From Octopus vulgaris (Eukaryota), in contig OX597833.1 in NCBI GenBank assembly GCA_951406725.2, positions 37,634,001 to 37,698,000 on the forward strand: a DNA stretch of 64,000 bases. The letters run 5' to 3'. A program made the position numbers and the translations under genes. Under the pieces are notes generated by a model that was given only the letters and a program-made list of their open reading frames with translations, did not search any database and was not told the origin of the DNA. This document shows, piece after piece, positions 1 to 14,066 of the stretch (position 1 is its first letter; the number at the start of each line of letters is the position of its first letter).

Positions 1-584
1 AGCGGTTCGGCAAAAGAGACTGATAGAATAAGTACTGGGCTTACAAAGAATAAGTCTCGGGGTCGATTTGCTCGAATAAAGGCGCTGCTCCAGCATGGCC
101 GCAGTCAAATGACTGAAACAAGTAAAAGAGTAGAGAGAGAGAGAGAGTATGTCACACTGAACAGAAGTCACTCTCCATTGTGTATGTGATTGTATTACAA
201 GATGTTTTGACAGGTAAATATGGTGTGTGTGTGTGGGGGGATGTGTAAGTATTAAACTGCATTAAATATTTACATTTGCTGAAGAAGGAACAAATAAATA
301 AGTTGTAAATGTTAAAATGAATGTATACACGTGCACATAAGCTTGTGTGTGTGTGTATGTGTGTGTGTGTGTGTAGGCATATAAGAAATTAAGTGCATGT
401 ATGTGAATGTATTTATTTATATGCATTTGAATGTCATTGTATGTGTGTGTGTGTGTGTGTGTGCATGTGTCTGTGGTATCTTCTTTGTCTGCATGTGTCA
501 CTCTGTCCTAATCACTGTGTATGTGTGTTTGTGTGTTCATATGAATATCAGTGTGAGACTATGTGAGTGAATCTGAAAGTGCAT

Positions 585-788
585 ATACTCTTTTACTTGT
601 TTCAGTCATTTGACTGCAGCCATGCTGGAGCACTGCTTTTAGTCGAGCAACTCGACCCCGGGACTTATTCTTTGTAAGCCCAGTACTTTTTCTATCGTTC
701 TCTTTTGCCGAACCGCTAAGTGACGGGGACGTAAACACACCAGCATCGGTTGTCAAGCAATGCTAGGGGGACAAACACAGACAGACAA

Positions 789-821
<33 letters not shown>

Positions 822-990
822 CATATATACGATGGGCTTCTTTCAGTTTCTGTCTACCAAATCCACTCACAAGGCTTTGGTCTGCCCGAGGCTATAGTAG
901 AAGACACTTGCCCAAGGTGCCACGCAGTGGGACTGAACCCGGAATTATGTGGCTGGTAAGCAAGCTACTTACCACACAGCCACTCCTGCG
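585..990 (-). mobile_element. tRNA-derived SINE family 1 (~400 bp, internal TA/TG microsatellite)
   Basis: Head GTGGCTGTGTGGTAAG...TTCAGTCCC (box A/B-like) and AAAGAGT tail. Other copies: 1-131(+), 10645-10870/11936-12100(-), 16315-16725(+), 25470-25870(-), 35210-35626(+), 39698-40087(+), 43388-43773(+), 49748-49980/54000-54180(-), plus older ones. Confidence 0.9.
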
Positions 991-1340
991 CTGTATGAGT
1001 GTTTACATATTTTGTTTTTTTATATATTTATCCATGAAGTAGTCAAGTTGAAAAGGTGGCCAGCTATGGCTGACTACTGATGGAAGAGAAGTTTGGAGTA
1101 GATAATTATTTCATCACACACACACACACGCATGTGCATGTGAACAAACACAAACGTACATACCACCAGGCTCACTTCTGCATTAAACATGAAGTTTTGT
1201 GAGAACAAACCCTACCATCACCAATCCAGTCAACTTTGTAATTTGTGCTATAACATTGGATGTAAAAGGTCAATGTTAACTTAATGCCAACATTTCAAAC
1301 AAATTAATACTAAGGTTAAAGTTGAAAGTTTATATATATA

Positions 1341-1974
1341 CTAGCAGTATCGCCCGGCGTTGCTCGGGTTTGTAAGGGAAATAACTATATAAGCATTTTT
1401 AGAGAGTTATAGCCAAAAAATAGCAAAAAATGCATTAAAAATGGAAAAAATATGATGGTAAATTTTTTTAAAAATCGTTGACTCATCGTAGACATTTTTA
1501 GAGAGTTACTTCCCTTATATAATAGCGAAAAAATGCATTAAAATGGAAAAAAAACGATGGTAAATTTTTTTTTAAATCGTAGACTCATGTAGACGCTTTC
1601 TTAGCCATTTCTGTTTTGGTGTCTTCAAGCCATGAAGTCGTTCTAAAAGAACGCTGGTCTCCTTGACAATGCATTACGACGTTGATTTCCTTACACTCCC
1701 TTCCCCACAGGTGCAGGTGTGAGCGTGGACGCCAACTCCGCCGCCATCGACACACGAAAAATTATGCATTAAAATGGAATAAAAAATGATGTTAAATTAT
1801 TTTTTAAATCGTAGACTCATCGTAGACGCGCGCTAATACTCAGACGGGCTCGATATGAATCACGACTATAAGCTACCCGAATTTGGTTAAACTGCACCGC
1901 AAAATGTGGGAGTAGTTAGGAATGTAAATCGAAGGGGACAGACACTCACACAACTACAGTTTTATATATATAGA
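1341..1974 (-). mobile_element. Non-autonomous Helitron (family A)
   Basis: On the minus strand: 5' TCTATATATATAAAA, 3' hairpin CCCGAGCAACGCCGGG and terminal CTAG. Sits in a TA tract with no TSD. Confidence 0.85.
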
Positions 1975-2019
1975 TATACATAGCGCAGTAGTGGTGAGAT
2001 GTGACAGCAAAGAAAAGCA

Positions 2020-2550
2020 TACATTCACTCTCTGCATGCAATTAGACTCGGAAAGTTCGTGAGGAACCCATTGACCCAATTTGCTGACTTTTCCGATAGC
2101 ACACAGGTCTCAATGAATGGTTGAATGACCAAATCCAAGCTTCTCTGCTAGTTCCTCAACAGTTACGATGATATTTTGTTCCACCAGGGTTTTCAGGATG
2201 TCCTTGTCGAGTTCTACAGATCTTTCAGGATGAGGCTCGTCTTCTAGCCTGTAGTTTATGGCTCGGAATTTCTGGAACCACCATTGACACTGCCTTACGC
2301 TTATTGTCCAATCCCCTTATACTGCATTAATATTTCTTGTACTTTCCGTTGCGTTGTTGTCTTTATTGAACTCATAAAGCAAAATATGCCAAATATGCTC
2401 CTTTGTTACTTCCAATATAGCTTTGAAAAAAATAGCTGTTAAAATCGAAATGCACTCTTCAAAACTTGCACTATGAATAAGGACAAGATAAAATTACTAC
2501 CTGCTTTTATAGCAAGTTAATATAAGTAGTTTATCCCATTCCCCTCTGAC
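2020..2550 (-). mobile_element. Degenerate mariner-like fragment
   Basis: Non-microsatellite stretch with mariner 5'-region-like character. No intact ORF; weak call. Confidence 0.35.
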
Positions 2551-3144
2551 ATTTAGTTCAAGCTGTTGAAAAAACCGCATTATTATATATATATACATAC
2601 ATATACATACATACATATACACACACACTCTCTCTCTCACACACATGCACACATTTATATTCTGTTATTGTTTTATACGTTTCAGCCTTGAGGTTGTGGC
2701 CATGCTGGATCATGTGTGTGTGTGTGTGTGTGTGTCTATCTGTCTGTCTGCCTGTATGTATATATGTATATGTATGTGTGTGAACAATAATATTTTCAAC
2801 AGATGTGTTGCAAATGTATCTGATTGTTCTCAAGCTTCAATACTGTGTGTGTGTGTATGTGTGTGTGTATGTATGTATGTATGTATGTATATGTATGTAT
2901 GTATGTATGTGTGTATGTATGTATGTGTGTGTGTATGTATGTATGTGCGTGTGTATGTGTGTGTATGTATGTATGTATGTATGTATGAGTGTATGTTTAC
3001 TTTATTACTAACACAAGCCACTACAGTTATTTAATGTAAAGTCTTCCTCAAATCACTCTCTTTGGCTATTTACTCTCTTCCAAGAACATTTTCACTCACA
3101 CTTATGTGTTAGCTTCCCATACATTTTACTCATGTATCTATCAG

Positions 3145-3463
3145 CGTCATAGTCGTCATCGCATTCTATTGTCTACCTGTCAACACACTGAATTAGTTTC
3201 ACTTTATTCGTAGCACACTGTGTGTGTGCGTTTGCTTGTGGTGTAAACCAGACTAAGAAAAGCATTTGACACACACACCAGAATGTGAGTTTTCTGTAAA
3301 TTTTGCTTAATTGGAGTTTAAATTTTAAAAAGTGGACCTGGCATGACGCGATGCATTCTACTCTCAAAATTGCTAGGTAAATTGTAATTGAAGAAATCCT
3401 ATATTGTAGATTTGTATAACTCCCAAAGGGAGGCAGATAAAATCTGCCTTTTATAATAAGAGA
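3145..3463 (-). mobile_element. Helitron-like 5' module (family B); also at about 51620-51898 and 53610-53999
   Basis: Three near-identical copies that begin on the minus strand with TCTCTTAT(T/C)ATAAAAGGCAG. No CTRR end of its own was seen. Confidence 0.7.
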
Positions 3464-3639
3464 TATATAAAACCAGTTATGTTGAGTGCATGCGTAACAA
3501 AAACAATAAGAAACAAGGTTATTGTGAAGAGAGGTGCATCTTGACGGCACTGCTTCGTTAAAGAATTTTGGTTTTGAAAGTCATCTATTGTTATTGCCCT
3601 GATTGAACAAACCTAGAACAGGAGCATTCATGACCATAC

Positions 3640-3873
3640 CTATTTCTTTATTACCCACAAGGGACTAAACACAGAGGGGACAAACAAGGACAGACATAGG
3701 TATCAAGTCGATTACATCGACCCTAGTGTGTAACTGGTACTTAATTTATCGACCCCGAAAGGATGAAAGGCAAAGTCGACCTCAGCGGAATTTGAACTCA
3801 CAACGTAACGCAGACGAAATACCACTAAGCATTTCGCCCGGCGTGCTAACGTTTCTGCCAGCTCGCCGCCTTT
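3640..3873 (-). mobile_element. tRNA-derived SINE family 2 (~230 bp)
   Basis: GGCGGCGAGCTGGCAGAAACG...GAGTTCAAATTCC...GCCTTTCATCCTTTCGGGGTCGATAAA. Other copies: 15957-16186(-), 41985-42215(-), 57765-57985(+), and many degenerate ones. Confidence 0.88.
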
Positions 3874-5248
3874 CATGACCATACCATTTTTGTTTCCAGC
3901 AGCGGTAGTGAACCTTGGATTACATTATGCAATGTGTCATTTTTGAAAGAGGTAGGGTGCTGTTTGATTGTGACTTGCTTATTATTTCTAGCATGTTGAG
4001 CAACCCTACATGACATATGTAGAGGTTTCCTGTTATTAGGGTTTATGTATGTAGAGGCACATGGCTTAGTTGTTAGGGTGTTGGACTCATGATTGTAAGA
4101 TTGTGGTTTTGATTCCTGGCTGGGAGATGTGTTGTTGCTCCAGTCCACTCAGCTGACAAAAATGAGTAATCCTGCAACGGATTATCATCCTATCCAGGGG
4201 GACTATATATACCACAAAATCCAGGAAACCAGTGCTATGAATCTATATGACTCGAGAAGGAGTCATTTATACTTTATTTTTTAAGGTTTATGTATGTTAC
4301 AAGTCAATAAGGGATCCTCTACATGGTCATTTGACCTGCCAGGAAGAGCAGCCAATTTTTCCACAACCCACACCTTACTATTTTTAAAGAAAGTGTAGGA
4401 CACAAGACAAGGTGGTCATAACTGGAATGCTTTTGATCACAGATCTACTCAGTCATAACTGATGTTGTGGTATTTTAGGTGTGAAATCTGAATTAATCTG
4501 CAGATTCTAATAATAAACCTGCTCAAGGACTGAGATAATTATTACATTCACAAGCAATTGGTGTTGTGTCGCCCTTTTGTTACTGATAAAGCACAAACGT
4601 GTATACACACATATACATACCTACATACACACACACACAAACATACACACACTCATAAGTGATCACACACACACACACACACATACACTCTTCCACATGC
4701 ACATACATATACACACATATATAGACACATTCATAAACATATACATACATATACATGCACACGCATACACATTCGAATTAGCGCTTTTGTATAAGTAGCG
4801 GACTATAATACAGTAATTTCCCTTTGTATAACGGTCTTTTTTCATAGCGTTTTTCAGCTGGCCAGATAACCGAAGAGATGATGTTGTGGATTTCCACCTC
4901 GGCATCCGAAACTTGGCTACCGAATAATTGTCACATATTATTTTACAGATAAATTTCCTCTATTTACATAATATTAAGGTCTCTTTCTTTCTTTTATCTT
5001 ACTAAGAAGTTATGTATCCCAATAATGTAAGGAGTAGCTTCACTAGCAAGGGGTTCCCGATGGTAGTCTAAGACAGCATGTTATAAATGTTACCCTCATT
5101 GTAAATGTAAGTAAAAATAGGGAGTTTTATAGAAAATGAAAGTATTGATGTCACCATGAAACAATGTGGTGGTTATAGAGTGGGGAGGCAGCTAACAAGT
5201 AGGGTTATCCAAATAAACTTTATGATTCATATGTTTAATAAACATATA

Positions 5249-7144
5249 CCGTAAATTCCGGACTACAGAGCGCACCTGATTAAAAGCCGCATGCTCTACT
5301 TTTAGAAAGAAAATCAATTTTGTCCTTGTACAGGCCGCACCGGATTTTAAGCTGCAGGTGTCCAACGTTGTAATATGAGATATTTACACAGAAAGATATT
5401 ACACGTGAGGACTTTTTGACTTTTAATTTAGTCTGTATGATATCATAAACAAACACATTTTGCAAATGCTTTTTTTCAAACAGTGCCTGCTACCTTTAAA
5501 TATATGTATGTATCAGTAACACACAAATTACGTTACTTATGCTTTTTTACTGAACAGTACACGAACGACATTCCTCCTAACGACATTCCTCCTATATATA
5601 TACACACACTGCAGCTTACCAGGTCAAAAGTTATTGATCGCCTTCTTCATCTTCTTCCTGCACACTGAAACCATCGAAGTCCTCTTCTTCAGTGTCCGAA
5701 TTGAACAGACTCAGGATCTCGTCACTCACTTCATTGTCGCTCTCACTTGAGCACACCCAGTACTCTTCATCATGCAGCAGTCCAGCTTTTCAAAACCCGT
5801 TGGTGATGATGGATGTTTTGACACGGCTCCATGCATTTAGTTGAGTGAAAGATGCTCTTCGCATGCAGCCTGTTTTGGTGAAGGATTTCTCGCTGCTCGT
5901 CATCCAATCCTCCCACTCACGGCGCAGTGCCACTTTAAATGCCCGGTTCACGCTGATCTCCAGTGGCTGCAAATACTTAGTGGTGCCACCAGGAATTACA
6001 GCTGGAATTGAGTTTGTACTCTTGGTGGCAGCTTTCACTGAATCTGTTATATGGGCCCTCATGCTGTCCATAAAGAGCAATGCTTTTTTTGTGTGAAAAA
6101 ATCCCCCAGGTCATTTGGCATAGCACTCTCTGAGCCAATCCTTCATTAGGCTCTCCATCATCCAACCTTTCTTATTGACTTTCACCACAATTTCTTTTGG
6201 GAATTTTTCCTTTGGCATTGTCAGCTGCTTAAAAATCACCATCGCTGGAAGCTTTAGTCTGGATGCTGTGCACCCCAGAACACAGGTAAAATGCATTCTC
6301 TCATGGCCACTTGTTTTCAGTGTGATGGATGAGTCACCTTTTTTATTAACAGTCCAAGTGAGTGGCAGGTCAAACGTCAAAGGTACTTCATCCATATTTA
6401 TGATATTTTCTGGCCCGATGGAATTCTTTGCTATCTTTGTTTGAGTGAATGTGAGAAAGTTAACAAGTTTTTCCTCATAGTCGGGAGGGAGCTGCTGACA
6501 CAAAGTCATGCATGCCCTGACGGACAGGCCTCTTCTCATAAATCTAAAACACCATGATGGCCCACATCCAAAATCTTCGATTTTCATTTCAGTGACGATT
6601 GTTTTAGCCTTCAGTCTGATCTGCACAGTGGAAATACTGCAGTTGCTTGCTCTCCATATGTTAACCCAGTCTTCAAGAAAGTTTTCAAGTTTGAGCCATC
6701 TGCTATAGTTACCTCTGAAAGCTTTCGTTGTTTTTTTGCACTGACTCAGTTCTTCCTGCTGGCATCTCCACTGTCTCACCCTCGATTCATTTATGCCAAG
6801 TTTACGTGCAGCAACTCGATTTCCTTCTTCAACCGCCAGATTGACCGGCTTCAACTTAAAAGCTGCATCATATGCTTTTCTTCAAGTGTTTTCCATGTTA
6901 ACGAGGGTGAATACAAATGACAGCTTTACAATACCGGTAATCGATTTGTGAAAGTGCTCTTGATTTATCGCACAATTTCATTGGACCTCTGTGACCTACT
7001 CATCAATTTGATTGGTCTACTGTTGTGAGGCAAAACGTTTTTTGCGGCATGACAAAATAAAACATGCATTAGCCGCACCATAGTATCAGCTACAATGTTC
7101 AAAGTGTGGGAAAAAAGTAGCGGCTTATAGCCCAAAATTTACGG
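5249..7144 (-). mobile_element. pogo/Tigger-like DNA transposon, both ends present, decayed transposase
   Basis: TA|CCGTAAATTCCGGACTA...TAGCCCAAAATTTACGG|TA terminal inverted repeats with TA target duplication. Confidence 0.9.
5790..6896 (-). pseudogene. pogo-type (POGK-like) transposase, frameshifted
   Basis: ORFs 6111-6854 and 5790-6080 carry an HTH region and DDE_1 motifs (NMDEVP, FMDS..AH, IPGGTTKYLQPL.ISVN) split by a frameshift. Confidence 0.88.
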
Positions 7145-9479
7145 TATTTTGTCTGGCTGTGAACAAGCAGCTGAAAGCCTTGTGATTTAATGACAGAAAC
7201 CATCTTCATAAGGAGATCGAGCATATTTATAAAGCATATGGATATGGTTCTATATATTCTGCATTAAATCAAGAAATGCTGATGAGTGAAAATTTTGTAA
7301 ATAATAATTGGTGTGGGTCTGATTCCCATTTTTTTATGTTGAGGGCTTATGTGCCCCAATATTGGACTATTTTCTATAGCCAATACACGATGAACACTTA
7401 CAAGTTCTGTCACCACTGTAAGAGACAAATATACAGCAACACTAGGAACTTTCTAGGAGGTATATAACTTCTACTATCATTGGTTAGCTTTCACCTTTCT
7501 ATGTTAGCATGGGTCAGATGGAATCCATTGGGGCACACTTTGCAGCCAGATATCCTTCCAGTTGCCAACTTTCACTGGTTTCCAGTAAAAAATAATATTT
7601 CTCCATGACCAGACACATATTTCACAGAACATTGGAAACAAAGAACACCACTTGTCTGACGGTATGCTTCTTTACAACTACTGAGTTGGGGACTATTGAA
7701 GCAAGCTTGCTTCAATACTCCTCACACTACCATGAAACTACTTACTTCCTCCCTCCACTACTGCTTACCTTCCTCTTCACCCATTCTACCTTTAAATTTC
7801 CTTGCATTATGATTTGAAATGCTAGATTTTTATCTCTCCACCCTGAAAACAGAACCAGATCTATCCAATATTTATGAGCTTCCGTTACTGGTTGCATATT
7901 TTTGTGAACTACATCTGCCAACATTATGAAGTAAATCTGAGTCCCCAGAAACAGCAGTTGGACCTGTAACACCAGACCTTCTCCCCTTTAATTTTTCTGT
8001 GTCTTTGTACTCTGTGTAAGTTTGCTCTGTTAAATAGCTATCTATATAATTATACATGAATATTAATTGTCTGAAATTTTTCAGTCTTTGCTTTCTCTCT
8101 ATTTACATGTATACATAAATGTATATTTTATATATCTAACCCAAACAATCTTATTTCTTTATTTTCATCATTATCTCCATATCTGCTTACCTGGATTCCT
8201 CTTATAGCCACTCTTTACTCCAGAGCTTTGGTCCTTTGTAATAATTTTGGAATATAGGTTCAAATCATTTGAGCGCTACAAAGTGTTTCCTATATTGAGG
8301 ATTTTTGGATCACATCTTTTGACTATATATATATATATATATATCATCATCATCATCATTGTTTAATGTCCGCTTTCCATGCTAGCATGGGTTGGACGAT
8401 TTGACTGAGGGCTGGCGAACCAGATGGCTGCACCAATCTCCAATCTTGATCTGGCAGAGTTTCTACAGCTGGATGCCTTTCCTAATGCCAACCACTCCGA
8501 GAGTGTAGTAGGTGCTTTTACGTGCCACCGACATGGGGGCCAGTCAGGTGGTACTGGCAACGACTTCGCTCAAATGTTTTTACATGTGCCACCGGCACAA
8601 GTGCCAGTAAGGCGACATCTTGTAGTATGCCATTTAAAGCCCATACACTATATACAGCTACTTGATGTCATCAACAGTATGGCTGTAAGTGCCACTGGAT
8701 TTACTTCAGGAATTCATTCATGTTCATAGAGTTTATAAGATATGAGAGAAAGAAAATGGAATTCACGAGACTCTTTATTATTCACTACAATCGTTTCAAC
8801 CCATTATGCCCCAGTGCCTCATGGGTAAGATACTGTACAAACAATAGTGGTGCATCATAGATGTAGATGTGTCAAAAGGTACCTCACTTTTTAATCTCCG
8901 TTTTTGCTTATTTTCTTCAAAATACATTTTAGTAGTTGTAGTTTGCTACTTGACTATACAAGGAACTGGGTTATGATGTAGAATGCTCCTCATATAAGCA
9001 ATAAGCTGACTTACAAAGGATCAAAAATAAAACAAAATAAATTATATATATACATATTATATTAATATATACAGTATATTATACATATTATCCACATTAT
9101 ATTATATATTATATATATTATAAACATTATATTGTATGTGTATAAATATGTATATATATATATATATATGAAGACAGAGGAGGGAAGAGAAAGAGAAAAG
9201 TGAGAGAGAGAGAGATAATGGCTTTTTCTTTTAGTATACCAAATCCACTTACAAGGCTTTTGTCAACCCGAAAAGCTATAGTAGAGGATACCTTCCCTAG
9301 GTACCACACACTGGAACTGAACATGAAGCCTTGTGGTTTGGAAGGGAACTTCTAAACCACATAGCCATGCTTTATATATAACTCAACAAGACAAGTACTT
9401 GTGGTGTGCTCAGCCAGTTATACTATGACTCAATGAATAAAAAGTTCATTTGCTTAAAAAGGTGGAATACTCATAATCA

Positions 9480-9854
<375 letters not shown>

Positions 9855-10490
9855 CTAGTGAGAAACAAATAATAATAAGATTCAGTGACCAAACTCATGA
9901 AACAAACTGCCAAAATGTTCATCTTACAGAATGGGTTTTCTGTTTTCTTATTTGAAAATAAAAAAATTATGCCATTAATTTACAAATATTGACTGTCACT
10001 TTGAAACTTTTGGATGCCAGGAATGACATCAAGTAATGGAGCTAATGTTGGATGATGTGGCTAATTTTGGTTACAAATTTTGGTCATGTAAAAGCGCCCA
10101 TGCAGTACCATGTAAAAGCAACCGGTACACTCTGTAAGGTGTGTTGGATGCTTTACATTAGGAAGAGCATCCAGCCGTAGAAACCATGGCAAATTAGACT
10201 GGAGTCTAGCGCAGTTCCCTAGTTTGCCAGCGATGGTCAAACTGTCCAACCCATGCAAGCATGGATGACGGACGTTAAATGATGATGATGATGATTGCCA
10301 GAAATTTCAGGGAGCAGGTAAGTCAATTACATCAACCCCAATGTTCAACTGGTACTTATTTTATAGACCCCGAAAGGATGAAAGGCAAAACTGACCCTGG
10401 TAGCATTTGAACTAAGAAAATAAAGATGGACGAAATACCACTAGGCATTTTACCCAGTATGCTAACAATTCTGTCAGCTCACTACCTTAA

Positions 10491-12173
10491 CCCTTTAGCA
10501 TTTAAACCAGCTATATATCTGGCCGAAATATTCTACATGCTTTATATTGAAACTAGCCAAATTCAGCCTCTCACACCTACCCTACAATGTTAATCTAAAA
10601 ATAAACAATCACATCTTTAAAATTTTGAAGCTACAAAGTAATATACTCTTTACTCTTTACTCTTTTACTTGTTTCAGTCATTTGACTGCGGCCATGCTGG
10701 AGCACCGCCTTTAGTCGAGCAAATCGACCCCGGGACTTATTCTTTGTAAGCCCAGTACTTATTCTATCGGTCTCTTTTGCCGAACCGCTAAGTAACAGGG
10801 ACATAAATACACCAGCATCGGTTGTCAAGCAATGCTAGGGGGACAAACACACACACGCATATATATACATAACTGGTTGAAATCCTTCATCCTCAGCCGA
10901 AAGGAGGTAGTCACAGTTCTAGGACAGCACTCTACACCATATGAGATGTCATCGGGTGTACCACAGGGATCTGTCCTTGGTCCCCTCCTGTTTGTGGCAT
11001 ACATTAATGACATAGATGCCAATTTAAAGAATGCCACAGTATTGAAATATGCAGACGACATCAAGCTGTACCTTGAAATCAAGAGGACTGATCCTGATGT
11101 CTACAACTCTTTCCTGCAATCAGACCTAGACACAATGCAGCAATGGATCACAGACTGGCAACTGAAACTGGCTGTGGACAAGTGTACCACCATGCATTTT
11201 GGGAGAAAAAACCCTGCGTCCACATACTCCCTTCACAACACTGATATCAAGAAATCCTCTTGCGAGCATGACCTAGGCATCACTGTCAGCAGTGATTTGC
11301 GTTGGACAAAGCATATCTCTAAAATTGTCAAGAAGGCCAAGGGTGTCTTGGCATCACTCAGCAAGACTTTTGTTAGCCGCTCTCCAGCCATCTATTTAAA
11401 ACTGTATACAGCTATGGTACGACCACACTTGGAATTCGCATCATCAGTTTGGAATCCCTATCTTGCTCAGAACATTGACCTCCTGGAATCTGTCCAGAGA
11501 CGTGCAACCAAATGCATACCCTCCATCAGACACCTACCATATTCTGAGCGCCTTGTTTCCCTGGGCATGGATTCACTGAAGCTCCGGCGTCTGGCGACGG
11601 ACTTGGTAAACACCCACAAGGTTATCAACCACCTCACCAACAACAACACTGAACACCTTTTTGATCTCCATGTGTCTAACACACGTGGACATGCCTACAA
11701 AGTCAGAAAACAGCACAGCTCCCATGACTTTCGGAAACATTTTTTCACGCTCAGGGTTGCTGAAGCGTGGAATAAACTGCCTGCATCAGTTGTTGACTGC
11801 CATGACACTGCATCCTTTAAGGCCCTCATGCTTCCCGAAATCCGTCGAAACTACACCTGATTATATATACACTTTAGATGAGTTGTAGTGCACCTGAGCA
11901 CTGTACACAATTATTATTATTATTATTTTATTTTATACGACGGGCTTCTTTCAGTTTCCGTCTACCAAATCCACTCACAAGGCTTTGGTCGGCCCGAGGC
12001 TATAGTAGAAGACACTTGCCCAAGGTGCCACTCAGTGGGACTGAACCCGGAACCATGTGGTTGGTAAACAAGCTACTTACCACACAGCCACTCCTGCACC
12101 TATATATGATTAAATTTAAGAAATGTGAATAAATAAACATCACTTTTGACAAAGTAATCTGACTGCTAAAGGG
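10491..12173. mobile_element. piggyBac-like MITE carrying a nested SINE and LINE
   Basis: TTAA|CCCTTTAGCA...TGCTAAAGGG|TTAA. Same family as the copies at about 42510-42735 and 61120-61550. Confidence 0.85.
10871..11930 (+). mobile_element. 5'-truncated CR1-type LINE (RT C-terminal half) with a (TTA)n tail
   Basis: ORF 10832-11860 has SGVPQGSVLGPLLF, YADD, RPHLEF.SSVW.P, LESVQRRATK, TRGH and WNKLP. It is inserted in the microsatellite of a SINE. Confidence 0.92.
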
Positions 12174-12329
12174 TTAAAGGCAAAGTTGACATCTGCGGAG
12201 TTTGAACTCAGAGCATTAAGCTGGAAGAAATGCCGCTACACATTTTGTCCATTGTGCTAATGATTTGGCCTGCTTACCGGCTATGATGTGGTTAATATTG
12301 TTTGGTATTTGGATTAACAGTGATTAGTA

Positions 12330-12492
12330 GGGTTAACATTGGGAGGGGATCTAATATTGGGAAGCAAGTTTAATATTGGGTGATAGGGTTAACATTGAGT
12401 CAAAAGGGCTGACATTGGGTGACAGGGCTAATATTGGGTGACACATCCAACATTGGGTTATGCACCTAAAGTTAGGTGACAGGTTTAACATC
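12330..12492. repeat. Degenerate ~19-20-bp minisatellite (AACATTGGGTGAYAGGG)
   Basis: About 8 periodic units visible. Confidence 0.7.
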
Positions 12493-14066
12493 TTAGTCTT
12501 TCTTCTAACACATTCTCATCCTCATTCTCTCTCTTTTACCATCCCTTCTTCTATGGTCCTCTCTATCATATTGCCCAGAACAAGTGGAAACAATATGGAG
12601 CAGTGAGTTTTGGCTGGAAACAAGGCAATCTTTCTAGTGCTGTGCTAAGATAAAAATACATCCACTACACCCTGTAAAGTGGTTGGTGTCAGGAAGGGCA
12701 TTTAGTCATAAAAACCATGTTAAAATGGAAAGTATAAGTGATACATGGTCCTCAAACCATCTTGTTCACACATTTTGTTTATGAAATGTATGAGTGAGGC
12801 CAATAAGAACTAACTCAAACTATAACAACACATGTTTTACCTACACAAACTGAGTATAAAATGATGATGATGATGATGATGCTATATTGGTATATATTAC
12901 TTTACACAAATGCTCTAATTTTGCTCATATAAATTCCTTTACAACACACACACATGCAAATGCTATTTCTATGTTGAGTACTCCTGCCAGTAAATATGTG
13001 TTAACCTGTTCTATGTGAGACAGCAAAATAGTTGTCTAAAATCATCCTTAATATTTCCCTTCATATCTCTCATAGTTCAAGACTTAACAACTCCCAACTG
13101 CTACATACACAGAAAAACTCTGGTTGTACAGGTGAATAATACTAATTACAACATTACACAGCAACACTGTTGTTATACAGGTGAGAGATACTAACTACAA
13201 TACCACAGTTAGTCTGCTTTTATACAGGCAATATTGACTACAACACCACATACATATATTGTAGCTGTACAGATGAGAAATGATAATTTCAGTGCCTTGA
13301 GGCAATGACCAACCCTTACCATCTGAAAGACATTTACATAGTATTTACAATATCAAGGGTATGAAAACCATTTGGAAAAGACCAGAAAGTTCTTTTACCT
13401 TTCAATTTGCTGCTAGACTTTCTGTTTCTTCTCCAAATCATCCTTCTTTGCCAAAACTGCAAAATCTCTAGAACTTACTCCTAATCCCATATTACCTACA
13501 GGTCTCAACTTAGAGAAGTTGATGTTCAGCTGAGGAGGTTGATGTTCAACTTGAACACAACTTCATCAAGTGAAAGGGTTTGAAAATGATATCCACCTTC
13601 TTTGGTTAAATTACAATAGTAGCAGCAAACACAACAACGGTAATAATGATTTCAAGCATGGACACTAGGGTTGATTAGATTAACTATTATATTTATCCTA
13701 GTATATGACTGGTACTTTAGTTTTATCAGTCCCAGAATGATGAAAGTCAGCATCCACTTAATCAGGATTTGAAATCAAAATGTAAAACAACAAAAGTAAA
13801 TACTGTAAGGTATTTTTTCTCGTTGTTCCACTACCCATTCTGCCACCCACCACAATTTACTACAACTACAATTACTACTACTAAACCAAAAGAATAAATC
13901 CCTCGTTTTATAAACAATATACGAGGAGCAGCAGTGTCTAGAGTAAAGGGAGATAACAGTGTCAATTTAACTTTTAACAAGAAGCAAGAAAGATTTTAAA
14001 TTACTAGACTCAAATGTACGCTTAGATTAAAGAAACAGTGTTACATAATAATTATCTTGTGATAGT

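Noticed and set aside
559-959. Recurrent ORFs 'MTTDAGVFTS...', 'MSSNARGTNT...' and '...RRASFSFRLPNPLTR...' that look like a multicopy gene family
   Set aside because: They are chance reading frames of SINE family 1 copies.
8186-8280. Strong minus-strand donor (CAG|GTAAGC) as a candidate next AMPD exon
   Set aside because: The upstream translation does not match the expected EPLMEEYSIA... sequence; the remaining 3' exons probably lie beyond position 1.
12330-13290. Regularly spaced short repeats (CRISPR-like at a glance); similar arrays at 19030-19220 and 60880-61100
   Set aside because: These are degenerate eukaryotic minisatellites with no constant repeat plus unique spacer structure and no cas genes.
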